A DNA stretch of 64,000 nt from an uncultured Chloroflexia bacterium (GTDB lineage: Bacteria; Chloroflexota; Limnocylindria; QHBO01), in the NCBI GenBank assembly GCA_963827475.1, contig CAWHAZ010000005.1:224001-288000 (forward strand), written 5' to 3'. The translations under genes were made by a program, and so were the position numbers. Below, piece after piece: positions 41,555 through 52,235 of this stretch; positions within the stretch are counted from its first letter, which is position 1; every line of letters begins with the position of its first letter. Below the pieces are notes generated by a model. That model was not told the origin of the DNA. It did no database searches and saw nothing but the letters and a program-made list of their open reading frames with translations.

Positions 41555-42309
41555 ACGAGCCGAGCCCAGTCGGTCCCGCAACCGAACTTTCACTGGTGCT
41601 CCCGGTCTACAACGAGGCCGAGAACATCGCGGGCGTCCTCCGCGCAGCGGCCACGCAGATAACTGCCTCTCACGAGGTGCTCGTCGTGTACGACTTCGAC
41701 AGTGACACGACGGTGCCCGTCGTTCAAGACCTCCTGCCATCCATGCCGGGTCTGAGACTACTGAAGAACGAGTTGGGCCCGGGAGTCCTCAATGCCATGC
41801 GGGCTGGCATTGCGGAAGCCCGGTCGCCCTACGTCCTGATCACAATGGCCGATGGCTCCGACGATCTCACGGGCGTCGACGACATGATGCGGCTCGCTCG
41901 AAGCGGCGCCGACTTGGTGGCGGCAAGCAGATACATGGCGGGTGGACACCAGCAGGGTGGCCCCGCGGCCAAGCGGGTTCTCAGTCGATTGGCTGGCTTG
42001 ACGCTGCACTGGTTCGGTGGCGTGCCAATCCATGACCCAACCAGCAACTTCAAGCTCTACAGTCGCCGACTGCTAGAGTCCGTCACCATCCAAGCCACGG
42101 GTGGCTTCGAGATGGCGATTGAGCTGACTGTAAAGGCCACCCTGGGCGGGTACCGTCTGGCCGAGGTCCCGACCACCTGGCGCGATCGAACGGCTGGGAC
42201 CAGCCGCTTCAAGTTTCGCGCCTGGCTCCCTTTGTACCTCCGGTGGTACGTCTTCCTCTACCGGGGTCGTGTTCGCCAGCTATTCAGGCAAGATCCGATC
42301 CCGAACTAG
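41551..42309 (+). CDS. GT2 polyprenol-phosphate glycosyltransferase
   Basis: LVLPVYNEAEN, MADGSDD, ASRYMAGG, DPTSNFKLY and EVPTTWRDRTAGTSRF motifs. Confidence 0.88.
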   Translation: MNEPSPVGPATELSLVLPVYNEAENIAGVLRAAATQITASHEVLVVYDFDSDTTVPVVQDLLPSMPGLRLLKNELGPGVLNAMRAGIAEARSPYVLITMADGSDDLTGVDDMMRLARSGADLVAASRYMAGGHQQGGPAAKRVLSRLAGLTLHWFGGVPIHDPTSNFKLYSRRLLESVTIQATGGFEMAIELTVKATLGGYRLAEVPTTWRDRTAGTSRFKFRAWLPLYLRWYVFLYRGRVRQLFRQDPIPN

Positions 42310-42343
42310 GTACAGGGCGGTGGGCTGACTTGGCCATGGCCGC

Positions 42344-43162
42344 TCAACTGCGGCGAAGCGTCACCACTACCTGCTCGTTAATTTTGGGGTCGTCGACGAT
42401 CTCTTCAATCGCGAAACCCGACAGATTCGAGCGGAGCCAGCTTTCCGGGATCGCCGCCCACCCGTAGAAGTCGCCCGAGAGCACGCCGCCTCCTCCGATA
42501 CCGGTGTAGACATGTTGGTCGTTGCGGAACTCGGAACGGGCGCGGAACGGGTCATCGAAAAACGAGTCGATTGTTTTCTCAGCTTCGGCCAATTGCTCCC
42601 GCTCTGCCTTAGCGCGGATTGCACAACAGAGCTCGAGGAACCTGAGGCCCTGCATCGTGAAACTCAGTTGACCGCCTGGGCGCAGTACGCGGGCGAGCTC
42701 CGAGAACGCGGCCCTCGCAGCATCGGCTGAGAGGTGCGAGAACACCGAGTACGCGTACGCCAGCCCGAACGCCCCCTCCTGGAATGGCAGATTGCCCCCT
42801 GGATCGACTTGCTGCATTGATCCCGGCACGCGCGTGTCAGCACATACCTGTACGATCTCAGCATCGACATCGACGCCGAACAGGTGATGTTCAGGCACGT
42901 CGTGTGCAAAGAGCCGGATGAGCCGACCCCAGCCCACGCCAAAGTCAAGGACGAGGTCCATCGACAGGTCACCACGGTAGTGACGCTTGACCAACTGGTA
43001 AAAGGGGAAACATTCGCGCATCGCTGCGCCGCCAGACCATCCAACAAACCGGGCCTGAACGTATGGAGCCGGGCCGCCCGGGACACCGTCTCGGCCGACC
43101 TCCAGACCTTCGATCATCAGTTCCAGCCATTCCTGGTCGGTGTAAGACTGGGAGTCGATCAT
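42344..43162 (-). CDS. Class I SAM-dependent methyltransferase
   Basis: VLDFGVGWGRL, GVDVD, YAYSVFSHL and RVLRPGG motifs. Confidence 0.85.
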   Translation of the reverse strand: MIDSQSYTDQEWLELMIEGLEVGRDGVPGGPAPYVQARFVGWSGGAAMRECFPFYQLVKRHYRGDLSMDLVLDFGVGWGRLIRLFAHDVPEHHLFGVDVDAEIVQVCADTRVPGSMQQVDPGGNLPFQEGAFGLAYAYSVFSHLSADAARAAFSELARVLRPGGQLSFTMQGLRFLELCCAIRAKAEREQLAEAEKTIDSFFDDPFRARSEFRNDQHVYTGIGGGGVLSGDFYGWAAIPESWLRSNLSGFAIEEIVDDPKINEQVVVTLRRS

Positions 43163-43363
43163 TCCAACCTCGCGGGTCCTTGGTCCAGGGGATGCATTCG
43201 GGGTCCGGATCTACGCCTCCTAGGGGGAGGGGATCGCCTCGGTCGGATGTCCCTACGACATGCTAGCGGCGCGCCTCGCAACGCGGAACGACCCCGATGA
43301 CCAGGTTCTCTCCTGCTTCTCATGTGCGGCGACGAGAAGCCACGCTTGCGCTGGAACCTTTCA

Positions 43364-44509
43364 TCAGAAGGCCCAGGCTCCGGTCGCGAACCGAGCCGAG
43401 AACCACAGCAGGAGCCCCACCGACACGACGCCGATGGCGAGGCCAAGCCAGCGGCGCTCGGCGAGGATCGCGAACCACGCGTACAGCGGGAACATGACCA
43501 GCACGTAGCGCGGCACGGACAGCACGAAGGCGGTGCTGACGAACAGGAGCCAGTTCGCACCCATCCACCACGCCCAGCTGGGGCGGAACCGCCGCACGGC
43601 CACCACCGTCCCGGCAAGCCCCAGCCCGATCGCCGCCAGCTCCGCCACGCCGAGCACGGCAGTGTCCTCGAGCGAATCGCTCGCCAGGCGCGACACGACC
43701 CCGGCGATGCCCTCCCACGGCCAGGCGAGCGTCTTGAACCAGTGCTCCCGCTGGATCTCGACGAATGCGAACGGGTTCCCGTACACGGCCTGGTTCAGCA
43801 CGAGGTACCCGCCAAAGCCCACCACCACCAGCCCGATCCAGCCCCACGCCAGCCGGGGGCTCCTCGACTGCCGCCACTCGGCCCACGCCTCGGCGGCGAG
43901 GGCAGGGATCAGGACGAGGCCGTTGACCCGGGTCAGGGCGGCGAAGCCGCCGGCGACTCCGGCCGCTGCCCACCGGCTGCTGCGGGCCGCGAGGAACGCC
44001 CCCAGGACGAGGGCGAGGAACAGCGACTCGGTGTACCCGATGTGCAGGAAGTAGGCCGTCGGGAAGATCAGCAGGAAGATGGCCGCCCGGCGGCCGAGCT
44101 CCTCGCCCAGCTCCCGGGCCACGACCCGGTACAGCAGCAGGACGGCCGCGATCGAGGTGATGGTGCTGATCAGGATCGGCGCCGCCAGGTCGGGCACGAC
44201 CGCGCGCGCCACGCCAATGAGGGCGGGGAGCAGGGGATAGAACACGATCATGAGGTCCATGTCGCCCTGGTTGCCGAAGGTCGGCGAGACCCCCGGATCG
44301 ACCGCCATGTAGCCCCAGATGGCGAGGTCGAGGTAGTGCGGGGCATCCCAGCGGGTCCACAAGGCGAAGGTCTGACCGATGTCGACGGCCCGACCCTGGG
44401 TCAGCGCGACCACCGCCAGGCCCCAGGCGAACAGCAGGATCTTGGTCAGCAGGGTGAGGCCGATGAGCTGCGCATCGGTCCCGCGCAGCCACACTCGCAC
44501 CGCATCCAT
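43364..44509 (-). CDS. GT-C mannosyltransferase (PIG-V-like)
   Basis: [32 protein letters not shown] and SVPRY motifs; polytopic. Confidence 0.85.
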   Translation of the reverse strand: MDAVRVWLRGTDAQLIGLTLLTKILLFAWGLAVVALTQGRAVDIGQTFALWTRWDAPHYLDLAIWGYMAVDPGVSPTFGNQGDMDLMIVFYPLLPALIGVARAVVPDLAAPILISTITSIAAVLLLYRVVARELGEELGRRAAIFLLIFPTAYFLHIGYTESLFLALVLGAFLAARSSRWAAAGVAGGFAALTRVNGLVLIPALAAEAWAEWRQSRSPRLAWGWIGLVVVGFGGYLVLNQAVYGNPFAFVEIQREHWFKTLAWPWEGIAGVVSRLASDSLEDTAVLGVAELAAIGLGLAGTVVAVRRFRPSWAWWMGANWLLFVSTAFVLSVPRYVLVMFPLYAWFAILAERRWLGLAIGVVSVGLLLWFSARFATGAWAF

Positions 44510-44535
44510 GGCGTCGGACTATACGGGCAGTTCGG

Positions 44536-44564
44536 TTGGCACTCCGGGAGGCGGCTGTTACGAT
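44536..44564 (+). promoter_or_regulatory. Sigma70-type promoter of tRNA-Pro(CGG)
   Basis: TTGGCA-N17-TACGAT with an extended TG. Confidence 0.6.
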
Positions 44565-44577
44565 GCCGGCTCCGAAT

Positions 44578-44654
<77 letters not shown>

Positions 44655-44744
44655 CAATCTGACTTCGGAAGACTGCGTGCTGACCCACGAAGCCAAACGC
44701 CGCGTGTTCGCCCAGCTGGGTTCCGGGCGCTGACCGCCGTCCCG

Positions 44745-45974
44745 TTGGCCGGAACCCAATCCGGCCTCCCCCGGCGTGCGCGCCTCGCGGCCTACGCGGC
44801 GGTCTTCCTCGCCTTCTTCGACAACTTCGCCCTCCTCCCCCTCATCGCGCCGCGGGCGCAGGAGCTGGGAGCCGACGCGCTCGGCGTCGGCGTCGCGGTC
44901 GCCGCCTACTCGCTCACCAACCTGTTCCTGAACCTGCTCGGCGGCTCGCTCGCCGACCGCGTCGGACGCCGCCTCGTCCTGCTGGTGTCGCTCGCGGTGT
45001 CGCCGATCTGCATCGCCATCTACGGGCTGGCGGACAGCCTGCCGATCTTCCTCGCCGCCCGCGCGGTGCACGGCGCCTTCGGCGGCTTCCTGACCGCGTC
45101 GCTGTTCGCCCTCCTCGCCGACCTGGCCCCCGAGGGTGAGCGTGGGAAGACGATCGGCCGTGCCGGAGCCCTCATCGGTGCCGCCGCGGTCATCGGTCCG
45201 GCCGCCGCGGGCTTCGCCGCGCGGGAGCTGGGATCGGGGCCGGTGTTTCTCGCGGTTGCCGCCATCATCGCCGTCGGCCTGATCCTGGTGCGAGGGGCCA
45301 TCCCCGAGACGTTGCCTCCACCCGCCCGGTCGGGCGCCCCCGGCACCTGGCGCCGGCTGGTGTCCGACCCGCGGCTGCGCGTGGCGTACCTCGCCATCTT
45401 CGCCCTGGAGGCGGGTGTCGGGGTGGTGACCGGGTTCCTGAAGGACGGCATCGTCGAGCGGCAGATGGCGGCCGGTATGGATGCCGAACGAGCGCTCCGC
45501 TATGCCACCGGGGCCCAGGGCGGGCTGTTCAGCATCTTTGCCCTGGTGGCCGTCGTCCTCATGCTGAGCCCCATCGCCCGTCGGGTGGATCGGCGTGGCG
45601 CTTTTGGCCTGTCGATGGTCGGCCTCGCCTGCCTGGCCGCTTCGACCGCGATCATGGCCATCGGCGGGGCTCTCGTCGCCGACTCGGTGGCTATGGTCCT
45701 GTACGGGGTCGGCTTCGGCCTCCTCTTCCCGGCAGCGGCGGGGATGGTCGGCATCGCTGCGTCGGCCCCCGAACGCGGGCGCGCCTACGGCGTGTTCAAC
45801 TTCTCGTTCGACGCCGGCCTGGCGACAGGTCCGCTCCTCGCCGGCGCGCTCGCGGTCTCCGCGCTCGCCGTCGAGCCATTTGTCACGGCGACCGTGCTCA
45901 TCATCCTCGTGGCCGTGCTCATCCCGTTTGCCGCCCGAACGCGGGCACCCGCCGAGAGCTTGATCAGCCGGTGA
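44745..45974 (+). CDS. MFS transporter
   Basis: Motif [11 protein letters not shown], about 12 TM helices, ERGRAYG. Confidence 0.9.
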   Translation: MAGTQSGLPRRARLAAYAAVFLAFFDNFALLPLIAPRAQELGADALGVGVAVAAYSLTNLFLNLLGGSLADRVGRRLVLLVSLAVSPICIAIYGLADSLPIFLAARAVHGAFGGFLTASLFALLADLAPEGERGKTIGRAGALIGAAAVIGPAAAGFAARELGSGPVFLAVAAIIAVGLILVRGAIPETLPPPARSGAPGTWRRLVSDPRLRVAYLAIFALEAGVGVVTGFLKDGIVERQMAAGMDAERALRYATGAQGGLFSIFALVAVVLMLSPIARRVDRRGAFGLSMVGLACLAASTAIMAIGGALVADSVAMVLYGVGFGLLFPAAAGMVGIAASAPERGRAYGVFNFSFDAGLATGPLLAGALAVSALAVEPFVTATVLIILVAVLIPFAARTRAPAESLISR

Positions 45975-46752
45975 TGTCGGCCCGCTCGGAGAAGATCGCC
46001 GCGACCACCATCGAACCGAGGAGCCAGGCGCCGACGACCAGCATGGCCGTCTCCTGGGTGAGGGTGTTCGGGCCGCCCTCGAAGGGCCCACCCTCGATGC
46101 CCACCACGGCTCCAGCCGCGGTGAAGGGCAGGTACGGGACGATATCGGGGAGGAAGATGCCGGCGAATGCCTCGCCGAAGAAGAGCGCGATCCCGATCCC
46201 GATCCCGGCCAGCTGGCTGCGGGCAAGAGTGGCCACCGCGAAACCAATCGCGCCCTGCTCGACGATCGCGTACCAGCCGCGACCGAACAGCTCGGGCAGG
46301 TCCTGCAGGGCATCGGTATCGTCCACTCCGGCTGTCGTGACGTCCGCGAAGGTCGCCCCGACGAACGCCGCCGCCACACCGATGGCGAAGGCGCTGATCA
46401 TCCCGACCAGCAGGTAGGCGGCCACCGCCCCGAACGTGAGCAGGATGTAGCGGCTGCGGCTCTCGCCGCGCGCGACCACCGCCTTCAACGTCCCCCACGA
46501 CCATTCCGAGCCGGCGACGGCCGCCCCGTACGTGACCGCGAACAGGCCGCCGAGGCCGATGATGAAGGTCAGGATGATCTCGTAGGCGAACGGGAAGGTG
46601 ATGATGAGGAAGGCCTCGGGGCCTTCGAGCTCGTCGCCGGTCGCCGCGACGGCAACGATGATGAGGACCAAGAGCCCGGTCAGGATGCCGAAGGTCAGCC
46701 ACGTTGCGGGGCGACGGAGCAGCGTGCGGGCGCCGGATCGGAAGATCCTCAC
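45964..46752 (-). CDS. ABC transporter permease (ABC-2 type)
   Basis: [10 protein letters not shown] motif, about 6 TM helices; coupled to the upstream ATPase. Confidence 0.85.
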   Translation of the reverse strand: MRIFRSGARTLLRRPATWLTFGILTGLLVLIIVAVAATGDELEGPEAFLIITFPFAYEIILTFIIGLGGLFAVTYGAAVAGSEWSWGTLKAVVARGESRSRYILLTFGAVAAYLLVGMISAFAIGVAAAFVGATFADVTTAGVDDTDALQDLPELFGRGWYAIVEQGAIGFAVATLARSQLAGIGIGIALFFGEAFAGIFLPDIVPYLPFTAAGAVVGIEGGPFEGGPNTLTQETAMLVVGAWLLGSMVVAAIFSERADITG

Positions 46753-47744
46753 GTCGCACCCTCGGTGTCGTCCGGCTGCGGGCTCGAGATCCCCTGGAAG
46801 GTGCCTTCGTGGCTGGTCGCCGCGTCGGAGGTGAGGGACAGGAACAGGTCCTCCAGGTCGCTGCCGGCCTCCACTCGCGCGGCATAGATCCCGCCATCGG
46901 CGAGGGCACGGTTCAGGTCAGATGCGCGCGCCGCGGGTACCCGGACGGTGATCCAGCCAGCCACGGCATCGGCCACCTCGACCTCACCCGCCCCGGCTAC
47001 CGGCCCCAGGATGCGGACCGCGGCCTCCACCTCGCCCGGCCCGACCCGCACCCGGACGAGGTCCGTGTCGTGCAGGACCTCCGTCATCGTGCCTTCGCGG
47101 ACCAGGCGACCCGCGGCGATGATCCCGATGACGTCGGCCATCTGCTGGACTTCCGACAGCAGGTGGCTGGACACGAACACGGTCCGGCCCTCCGCCGCGA
47201 GATGGCGGAGCGTCTCCCGCATGGCGACGATCCCGGCCGGATCGAGCCCGTTGGCCGGTTCGTCGAGGAGCAGCAGCTTCGGGTCGCTGAGCAGCGCGGC
47301 CGCGATGCCGAGCCGCTGCTTCATGCCGAGCGAGTAGCCGGAAACCTTGTCCCGGGCGCGCTCCCGGAGGCCAACCAGCTCCAGCAGCTCCTCGATCCGC
47401 GCCGGCGACGTCCGGGCACCCGTTGCGCCAAGAGCACGGAGGTTCTCCCGCCCGGACAGGAAGGGGTAGAACGACGGCTGTTCGATCAAGGCACCGATGT
47501 CGAACAGGCGGCGGCGATCGCGGCGACCGAAGGGCCGGCCGAGGAGCTCGATGCTGCCGTGATCCGGGTGAATGAGCCCGGTCAGCAGGCGCATGGTCGT
47601 CGTCTTGCCCGCTCCGTTGGGCCCGAGAAAACCGTAGACCACGCCCGTCGGGACGGACAGGTCAAGTCCGGCCAGCGCGAGGCGCGACCCGTAGCTCTTG
47701 CGCAGGTCAATCGTCGCGAGGGCCAGCTCCCCGGAGACGGTCAT
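46749..47744 (-). CDS. ABC transporter ATP-binding protein (BcrA-like)
   Basis: GPNGAGKTT, YSLGMKQR, LLLDEPANGLDP and SSHLL motifs. Confidence 0.93.
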   Translation of the reverse strand: MTVSGELALATIDLRKSYGSRLALAGLDLSVPTGVVYGFLGPNGAGKTTTMRLLTGLIHPDHGSIELLGRPFGRRDRRRLFDIGALIEQPSFYPFLSGRENLRALGATGARTSPARIEELLELVGLRERARDKVSGYSLGMKQRLGIAAALLSDPKLLLLDEPANGLDPAGIVAMRETLRHLAAEGRTVFVSSHLLSEVQQMADVIGIIAAGRLVREGTMTEVLHDTDLVRVRVGPGEVEAAVRILGPVAGAGEVEVADAVAGWITVRVPAARASDLNRALADGGIYAARVEAGSDLEDLFLSLTSDAATSHEGTFQGISSPQPDDTEGAT

Positions 47745-47785
47745 TGCCGGCGTAGGGTACCGGCTCGAACCGCTAGGCTCTCGGC

Positions 47786-48259
47786 GTGAGCACCGACGGG
47801 ACCGTCTCCGGCGCCCGGTTTGGCCACGTCAGCATCGTGGCCGCCGACTGGCGCCGCCTGGCCGACTTCTATGCGGATGTCTTTGGCTGCGAGTTCGTCC
47901 CGCCCGAGCGCGACTACGCCGGCGAGGACCTGGAGCGCGGAACCGGGGTCCGCGATGCCGCCTTGCGCGGGGCGCACCTGAGACTGCCGGGGCACGGGCC
48001 CGACGGGCCGACGATCGAGATCTATCAGTACCAGCGCCCCGAGGATCGCCTCCCGCCGGCGGCCAACCGGCTCGGTCTCGCCCATCTGGCCTTCGCCGTG
48101 CCCGACGTCGAGCAGGCGCGGGCCGCCGTCCTGGAGTCCGGTGGCAGCTCGGTGGGCGAGATCGTGACCCTGACCACCGCTGACGGCCGGCGGGTCACCT
48201 GGTGCTACGTCACCGATCCGGAGCGCAACATCGTCGAGCTCCAGTCCTGGAGCCGCTGA
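47786..48259 (+). CDS. VOC/glyoxalase family protein
   Basis: HVSIVA..FYADVFG, HLAFAV and YVTDPERNIVEL motifs. Confidence 0.88.
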   Translation: MSTDGTVSGARFGHVSIVAADWRRLADFYADVFGCEFVPPERDYAGEDLERGTGVRDAALRGAHLRLPGHGPDGPTIEIYQYQRPEDRLPPAANRLGLAHLAFAVPDVEQARAAVLESGGSSVGEIVTLTTADGRRVTWCYVTDPERNIVELQSWSR

Positions 48260-48462
48260 GCAGGGCTTTCGTTCTCCGGGAGTACATCGGTCCCGGCGCA
48301 GTACTGCATCAGACCCCACTCCGACCGATTTGGCGTTTTTTGCCCCGGTGCTGACTCGCACCGGGGCGTACCCCGGTGACGATCACGCCATGGCGACCGC
48401 GCTGTCGCCTGCCGATGCTTCCTGCGGATTCATCTTCATCCATTGATCAGGAGGTCAGGCAG

Positions 48463-49590
48463 GTGCATGGGATGACCCGACCGCGTATCGGGAACGCCCG
48501 GCGGTCGATGCGAGGCTCGCTCGCATCCATCGTCATCGCCGCGTGCCTTCTCGTGACCGTTGCGCCGACACTCGCGTCGCACGTGGTCGCCGGTGACAGT
48601 TCCGGGAAATCCCACGTGCGCCTCGGTGGGGACATACGACCACGAGTTCAAGGTTGAGCCCGTCACCGACGGACTGCACCAGGACCCGGGGAGCGACTTC
48701 TCGGTCACGATCGCCACCCAGTCGACTCCGCTCGGAACCACGGCTGACGTGGTCGCGAACCTTCCAATCGACGCCGTCCTGGTCAAGGGCGGGCCCAACG
48801 CGAACCTGTACGTCTATGTCCCGTCCGTGCTCACCGATGACGGACTCCACGCCCCGCTCAACGATGGAACGTATTACGGCCTGGGTCACATCCGATTCTG
48901 CTTCTCGGACGAGCCGAGCTCGTCATCGACTCCGACCCCATCCCCCAGCCCGAGCCCGACGCCAAGCCCGACGCCGAGCCCGCACGCCCAGCCCGAGCCC
49001 CAGCCCGACGCCAAGCCCCACGCCCAGCCCGAGCCCGAGCCCGACGCCGAGCCCCAGCCCGACGCCGAGCCCCAGCCCGACGCCGAGCCCCAGCGCCGGT
49101 CTCCACCCCAGCCCCGACTCCGACTCCCCCCGCGGCGGCGCCGACTCCTCCGGCGCCGCCGCCTCCTACTCCCCCTGCCTCGGCCACGGCTCCATCTCCG
49201 TCGACCAGCGAACAGCCGAATGAGATGACGAGCCAGGCCCCGACTCCGACTCCGCCCGCCACGACTGCCGGGCTTCAGCCTCCATTTCCGCCGGTGCCCC
49301 CTGCCCCGCCGACGGACGGAGGCTCGGCGCCCCCGCCGGACGCCCTGCTGCCGGTGGACGTGGTGGGCGGAGTCTTCGCTGCTGCTGCCCAGCAGGTGGC
49401 GACGATGGTCCAACCGGAGGCGGCCATCGTCGTGGCCAGCGCGTTCAGCTTCCCTCTCGCGCTGATGGTTGCCGTGATCTGCTTCCTCGTCGGCCAGGGT
49501 CGCGTCGATGCCCGGGATCCGAAGCTTCGGTCCGCGCCGCGGACACGACAGGAGACGGTGCTGTCCTTCCGTGACGAGGAGGACCTGTGA
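48463..49590 (+). CDS. Secreted/surface protein: signal peptide, small Cys-bracketed domain, Ser/Pro/Thr linker, C-terminal TM (several apparent frameshifts)
   Basis: AGGAGG RBS; ASIVIAACLLVTVAPTLA signal; GNPTC...AVLVKGGPNANLYVY...GLHAP...YGLGHIRFCF; SPTP repeats; TM FPLALMVAVICFLVGQ; TGA overlaps the next GTG. Confidence 0.55.
48925..49135 (+). repeat. Coding tandem repeats (6/12/18-nt units such as GAGCCCCAGCCCGACGCC) encoding an SPSPTP linker
   Basis: Repeated AGCCCG/ACGCC units; near-perfect 18-mers around 49040-49092. Confidence 0.85.
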
Positions 49591-52223
49591 GCGCCCGTCC
49601 GGACGCGACCGATTTTTCCGCGCTCAGCGAGCGGATGAGCAACCTGCTCCTCCTGCGCGTCGCGCTGGCCGCGATCGTCCTGGTCTGGGCCGCGATGCGC
49701 CCCGAGGCCCTCGGGGTCACGTTCCCCGTCCTGGCTGGCGTGACGACGGGCTACCTGGTCGCGTCGGTCATCTTCGAGATCGTGCGCCGTCGAACAGCAC
49801 GCGCCGGCTTCACGATTCTCAACAGCCTGCTGCTCCTGGATGGCGTCTATCTCGCCTTCGCGATGTATGCGACCGGCGGGACGCAGAGCCCGATGCGTTT
49901 CCTGATCTACCTGCACCTGGTCGCGGTCTCGCTGCTGGCCTCGTACCGCACCGGGCTGAAGATCGCGCTCTGGCACTCGCTGCTGCTGTTTGTCGTCCTG
50001 TACGCCCAGGCGGCCATGCTCCTCCCGCCTGTCGACACCGTCCCGGGAGCCGCGATCGCGTTCGACAGCCTTCCGGTGCTCAACGTCACGGCGTTCTGGC
50101 TGTTCGCCATCGCCACCTCCGCCTTCTCGGCCATGAACGAGCGGGAGCTGCGGAACCGGCGGGCGGACCTCGAGGCCCTGGTGGCCCTCGGGACCGAGCT
50201 CGACGCCGTCGGCGATCCGGTCCACCAGGCTCGGACGGTGCTCGACGGGCTGGCGGACCGCTTCGAGACGCAGCGGGCCGTCGTCCTCGGTGCGTCAGAT
50301 GACCGCATCGTCGTGCTGGCGGGTCGTGGTGTCGCCGAGGTCCAGAGCGCGCCGGCGGCGGTCGACGCGGTCATCCAGAAGGCCTGGGATCGCCGGGACG
50401 TGTTGCCCGTTCGCCGCATCGACGGGGAGCAGAATCCGCTGATCTCGGCCGCGATTCCCAACGCCCGCAACCTGCTCGTCGCGCCGATGATCGCGGAGGG
50501 GCTGCCGGTCGGCGCCATCGTCGTCGAGCATCGCTCCCGCAGCGTGTTCGGAGTCGAGCGGCGCGTCCTCTCGGTGCTGAGCCAGTTCGCGTCCGTGGCC
50601 GCGTTGAACTTCCGCAATGCCGTCCTCCTCCGCCACGTTCAGGACCTCGCCGAGCGCGACTCCCTGACCGGGGCTGCCAACCGGCGCATGTTCCAGGACG
50701 CCCTCACCCGAACCCTGTCCGCGGCTCGCAAGGGCTCGTCGCGGATCACCGCCGTCCTCTTCCTCGACCTGGACGACTTCAAGGTCGTGAACGACTCGCT
50801 GGGCCACGCCGCGGGCGACGCCCTCTTGGTTGCGGTCACCGAGCGCATCAGTGGGCTCGTCCGCGAGGGCGACCTGATCGCTCGCCTCGGCGGCGACGAG
50901 TTCGCGATCCTGACGTCGGACTCCAGCGATCTCCGCCGCTCGCGCGCGATGGCCGATCGCCTTGTCCGTGAGCTTCGGGCGCCGTACATCATTCGCGACC
51001 AGCAGGTGGCGGTGACCGCCAGCATCGGCATCGCCAGCGTGCGGGGAGCGGAGCAGAGCCCCGAGGAGGTCATCCGCAACGCCGACGTGGCGATGTACAT
51101 GGCCAAGGCCAACGGCAAGGCGCGTTTCGCGATCTTCGACCCGGGCATGCACGCCGCCATCCGCGAACGTCACGAGCTTGGGGCCCAGCTCCAGCGTGCC
51201 GTGGAGCTCGACCAGCTGCGACTCGTCTACCAGCCGATCGTCGAGCTGGGCTCCGCACGACTGGCCGGCCTGGAGGCGCTCGTCCGCTGGCAGCACCCCG
51301 AACGGGGCCTCATCACGCCTGGCGAGTTCATCGAGATCGCCGAGGAAAACGGGGCCATCCTGCCCATCGGTCAGTGGGTCCTGCGCGAGGCCTGCCAGCG
51401 CGCGGGCAATTGGCAGCGCGAGGGCCTCACTCCGAAGGGCATCTTCCTGTGCGTCAACGTCTCAGCCCGGGAGGTCCAGCAGCCGGACTTCGTGACCTCG
51501 GTCCGGGCTACCCTCGAGCAGGCCGGCGTGGAGCCGTCGACCCTGATGCTCGAGATCACCGAGACCGCGCTGCTCAAGGCCAGCGGGCCGACGATGGACA
51601 CCCTCTCCGAGCTGCGCTCGCTCGGGGTGCGGGTCGTCATCGACGACTTCGGGACCGGCTACTTCTCCCTGAGCCACCTCCGCCAGTTCCCGGTGGACGC
51701 GCTGAAAGTCGCCACCGAGTTCGTCCAGGGCTCGAGCAGCGACGCCCGCTCGGCGGCTCTGGCCGGGGCCATCGTGGCGCTGAGCCAGTCCCTGGACATC
51801 GCCACCGTGGCGGAGGGCATCGAGACCAGCGAGCAGGCGAAGCTCATGGAGTCTCTCGGCTGCCGGTTCGGCCAGGGCTTCTTCTTCGCCCGGCCCATGG
51901 AGCAGGCCGAGATCGACAAGGGCGTCGCGGGATTCGCATCTCCCGTGCGCCTGCAGCGCCGTCGCCGCACCGATGCCGCCCCCACGGCTCCTCCCGCCGA
52001 ATCCGCACAGGCCTCGGACTCGAACACGGACCCCACGACACATGCCCCCGGACCCGACCGCGGCTTGACCCCCCGCGGTCGGGTCATTCCTCCGGTGTCA
52101 GCCGGTGGCCTCCTCCACCCGGCCGGTACCGCGCCAACGACCTCGACCTCGCATCCGCTCCGGAAGGCGACCAGGTCGTTGGCGCCCGGCGATCGGCACG
52201 GGCCGGCCCGAGGACGTCCGTAG
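49587..52223 (+). CDS. Membrane sensor with GAF-like, GGDEF and EAL domains (c-di-GMP cyclase/phosphodiesterase)
   Basis: About 6 TM helices; DSLTGAANR, DLDDFKVVND, REGD..RLGGDEF, YQP..LEALVRW, EITE, DDFGTGY and EGIET motifs; the C-terminal tail may be over-extended. Confidence 0.92.
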   Translation: MSARPDATDFSALSERMSNLLLLRVALAAIVLVWAAMRPEALGVTFPVLAGVTTGYLVASVIFEIVRRRTARAGFTILNSLLLLDGVYLAFAMYATGGTQSPMRFLIYLHLVAVSLLASYRTGLKIALWHSLLLFVVLYAQAAMLLPPVDTVPGAAIAFDSLPVLNVTAFWLFAIATSAFSAMNERELRNRRADLEALVALGTELDAVGDPVHQARTVLDGLADRFETQRAVVLGASDDRIVVLAGRGVAEVQSAPAAVDAVIQKAWDRRDVLPVRRIDGEQNPLISAAIPNARNLLVAPMIAEGLPVGAIVVEHRSRSVFGVERRVLSVLSQFASVAALNFRNAVLLRHVQDLAERDSLTGAANRRMFQDALTRTLSAARKGSSRITAVLFLDLDDFKVVNDSLGHAAGDALLVAVTERISGLVREGDLIARLGGDEFAILTSDSSDLRRSRAMADRLVRELRAPYIIRDQQVAVTASIGIASVRGAEQSPEEVIRNADVAMYMAKANGKARFAIFDPGMHAAIRERHELGAQLQRAVELDQLRLVYQPIVELGSARLAGLEALVRWQHPERGLITPGEFIEIAEENGAILPIGQWVLREACQRAGNWQREGLTPKGIFLCVNVSAREVQQPDFVTSVRATLEQAGVEPSTLMLEITETALLKASGPTMDTLSELRSLGVRVVIDDFGTGYFSLSHLRQFPVDALKVATEFVQGSSSDARSAALAGAIVALSQSLDIATVAEGIETSEQAKLMESLGCRFGQGFFFARPMEQAEIDKGVAGFASPVRLQRRRRTDAAPTAPPAESAQASDSNTDPTTHAPGPDRGLTPRGRVIPPVSAGGLLHPAGTAPTTSTSHPLRKATRSLAPGDRHGPARGRP

Positions 52224-52235
52224 AATCGGTCCACC

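Larger units (their letters stand above)
34260..43340. mobile_element. Lower-GC, probably horizontally acquired glycan-modification island (boundaries approximate; no integrase seen)
   Basis: Abrupt rise in A/T and in A/T-ending codons after metF, returning to host-like composition at the PIG-V-like gene. Confidence 0.6.

Noticed and set aside
48925..49135. Tandem repeats as a CRISPR array
   Set aside because: No unique spacers, and unit lengths are multiples of 3 encoding a Ser/Pro/Thr linker; no cas genes.
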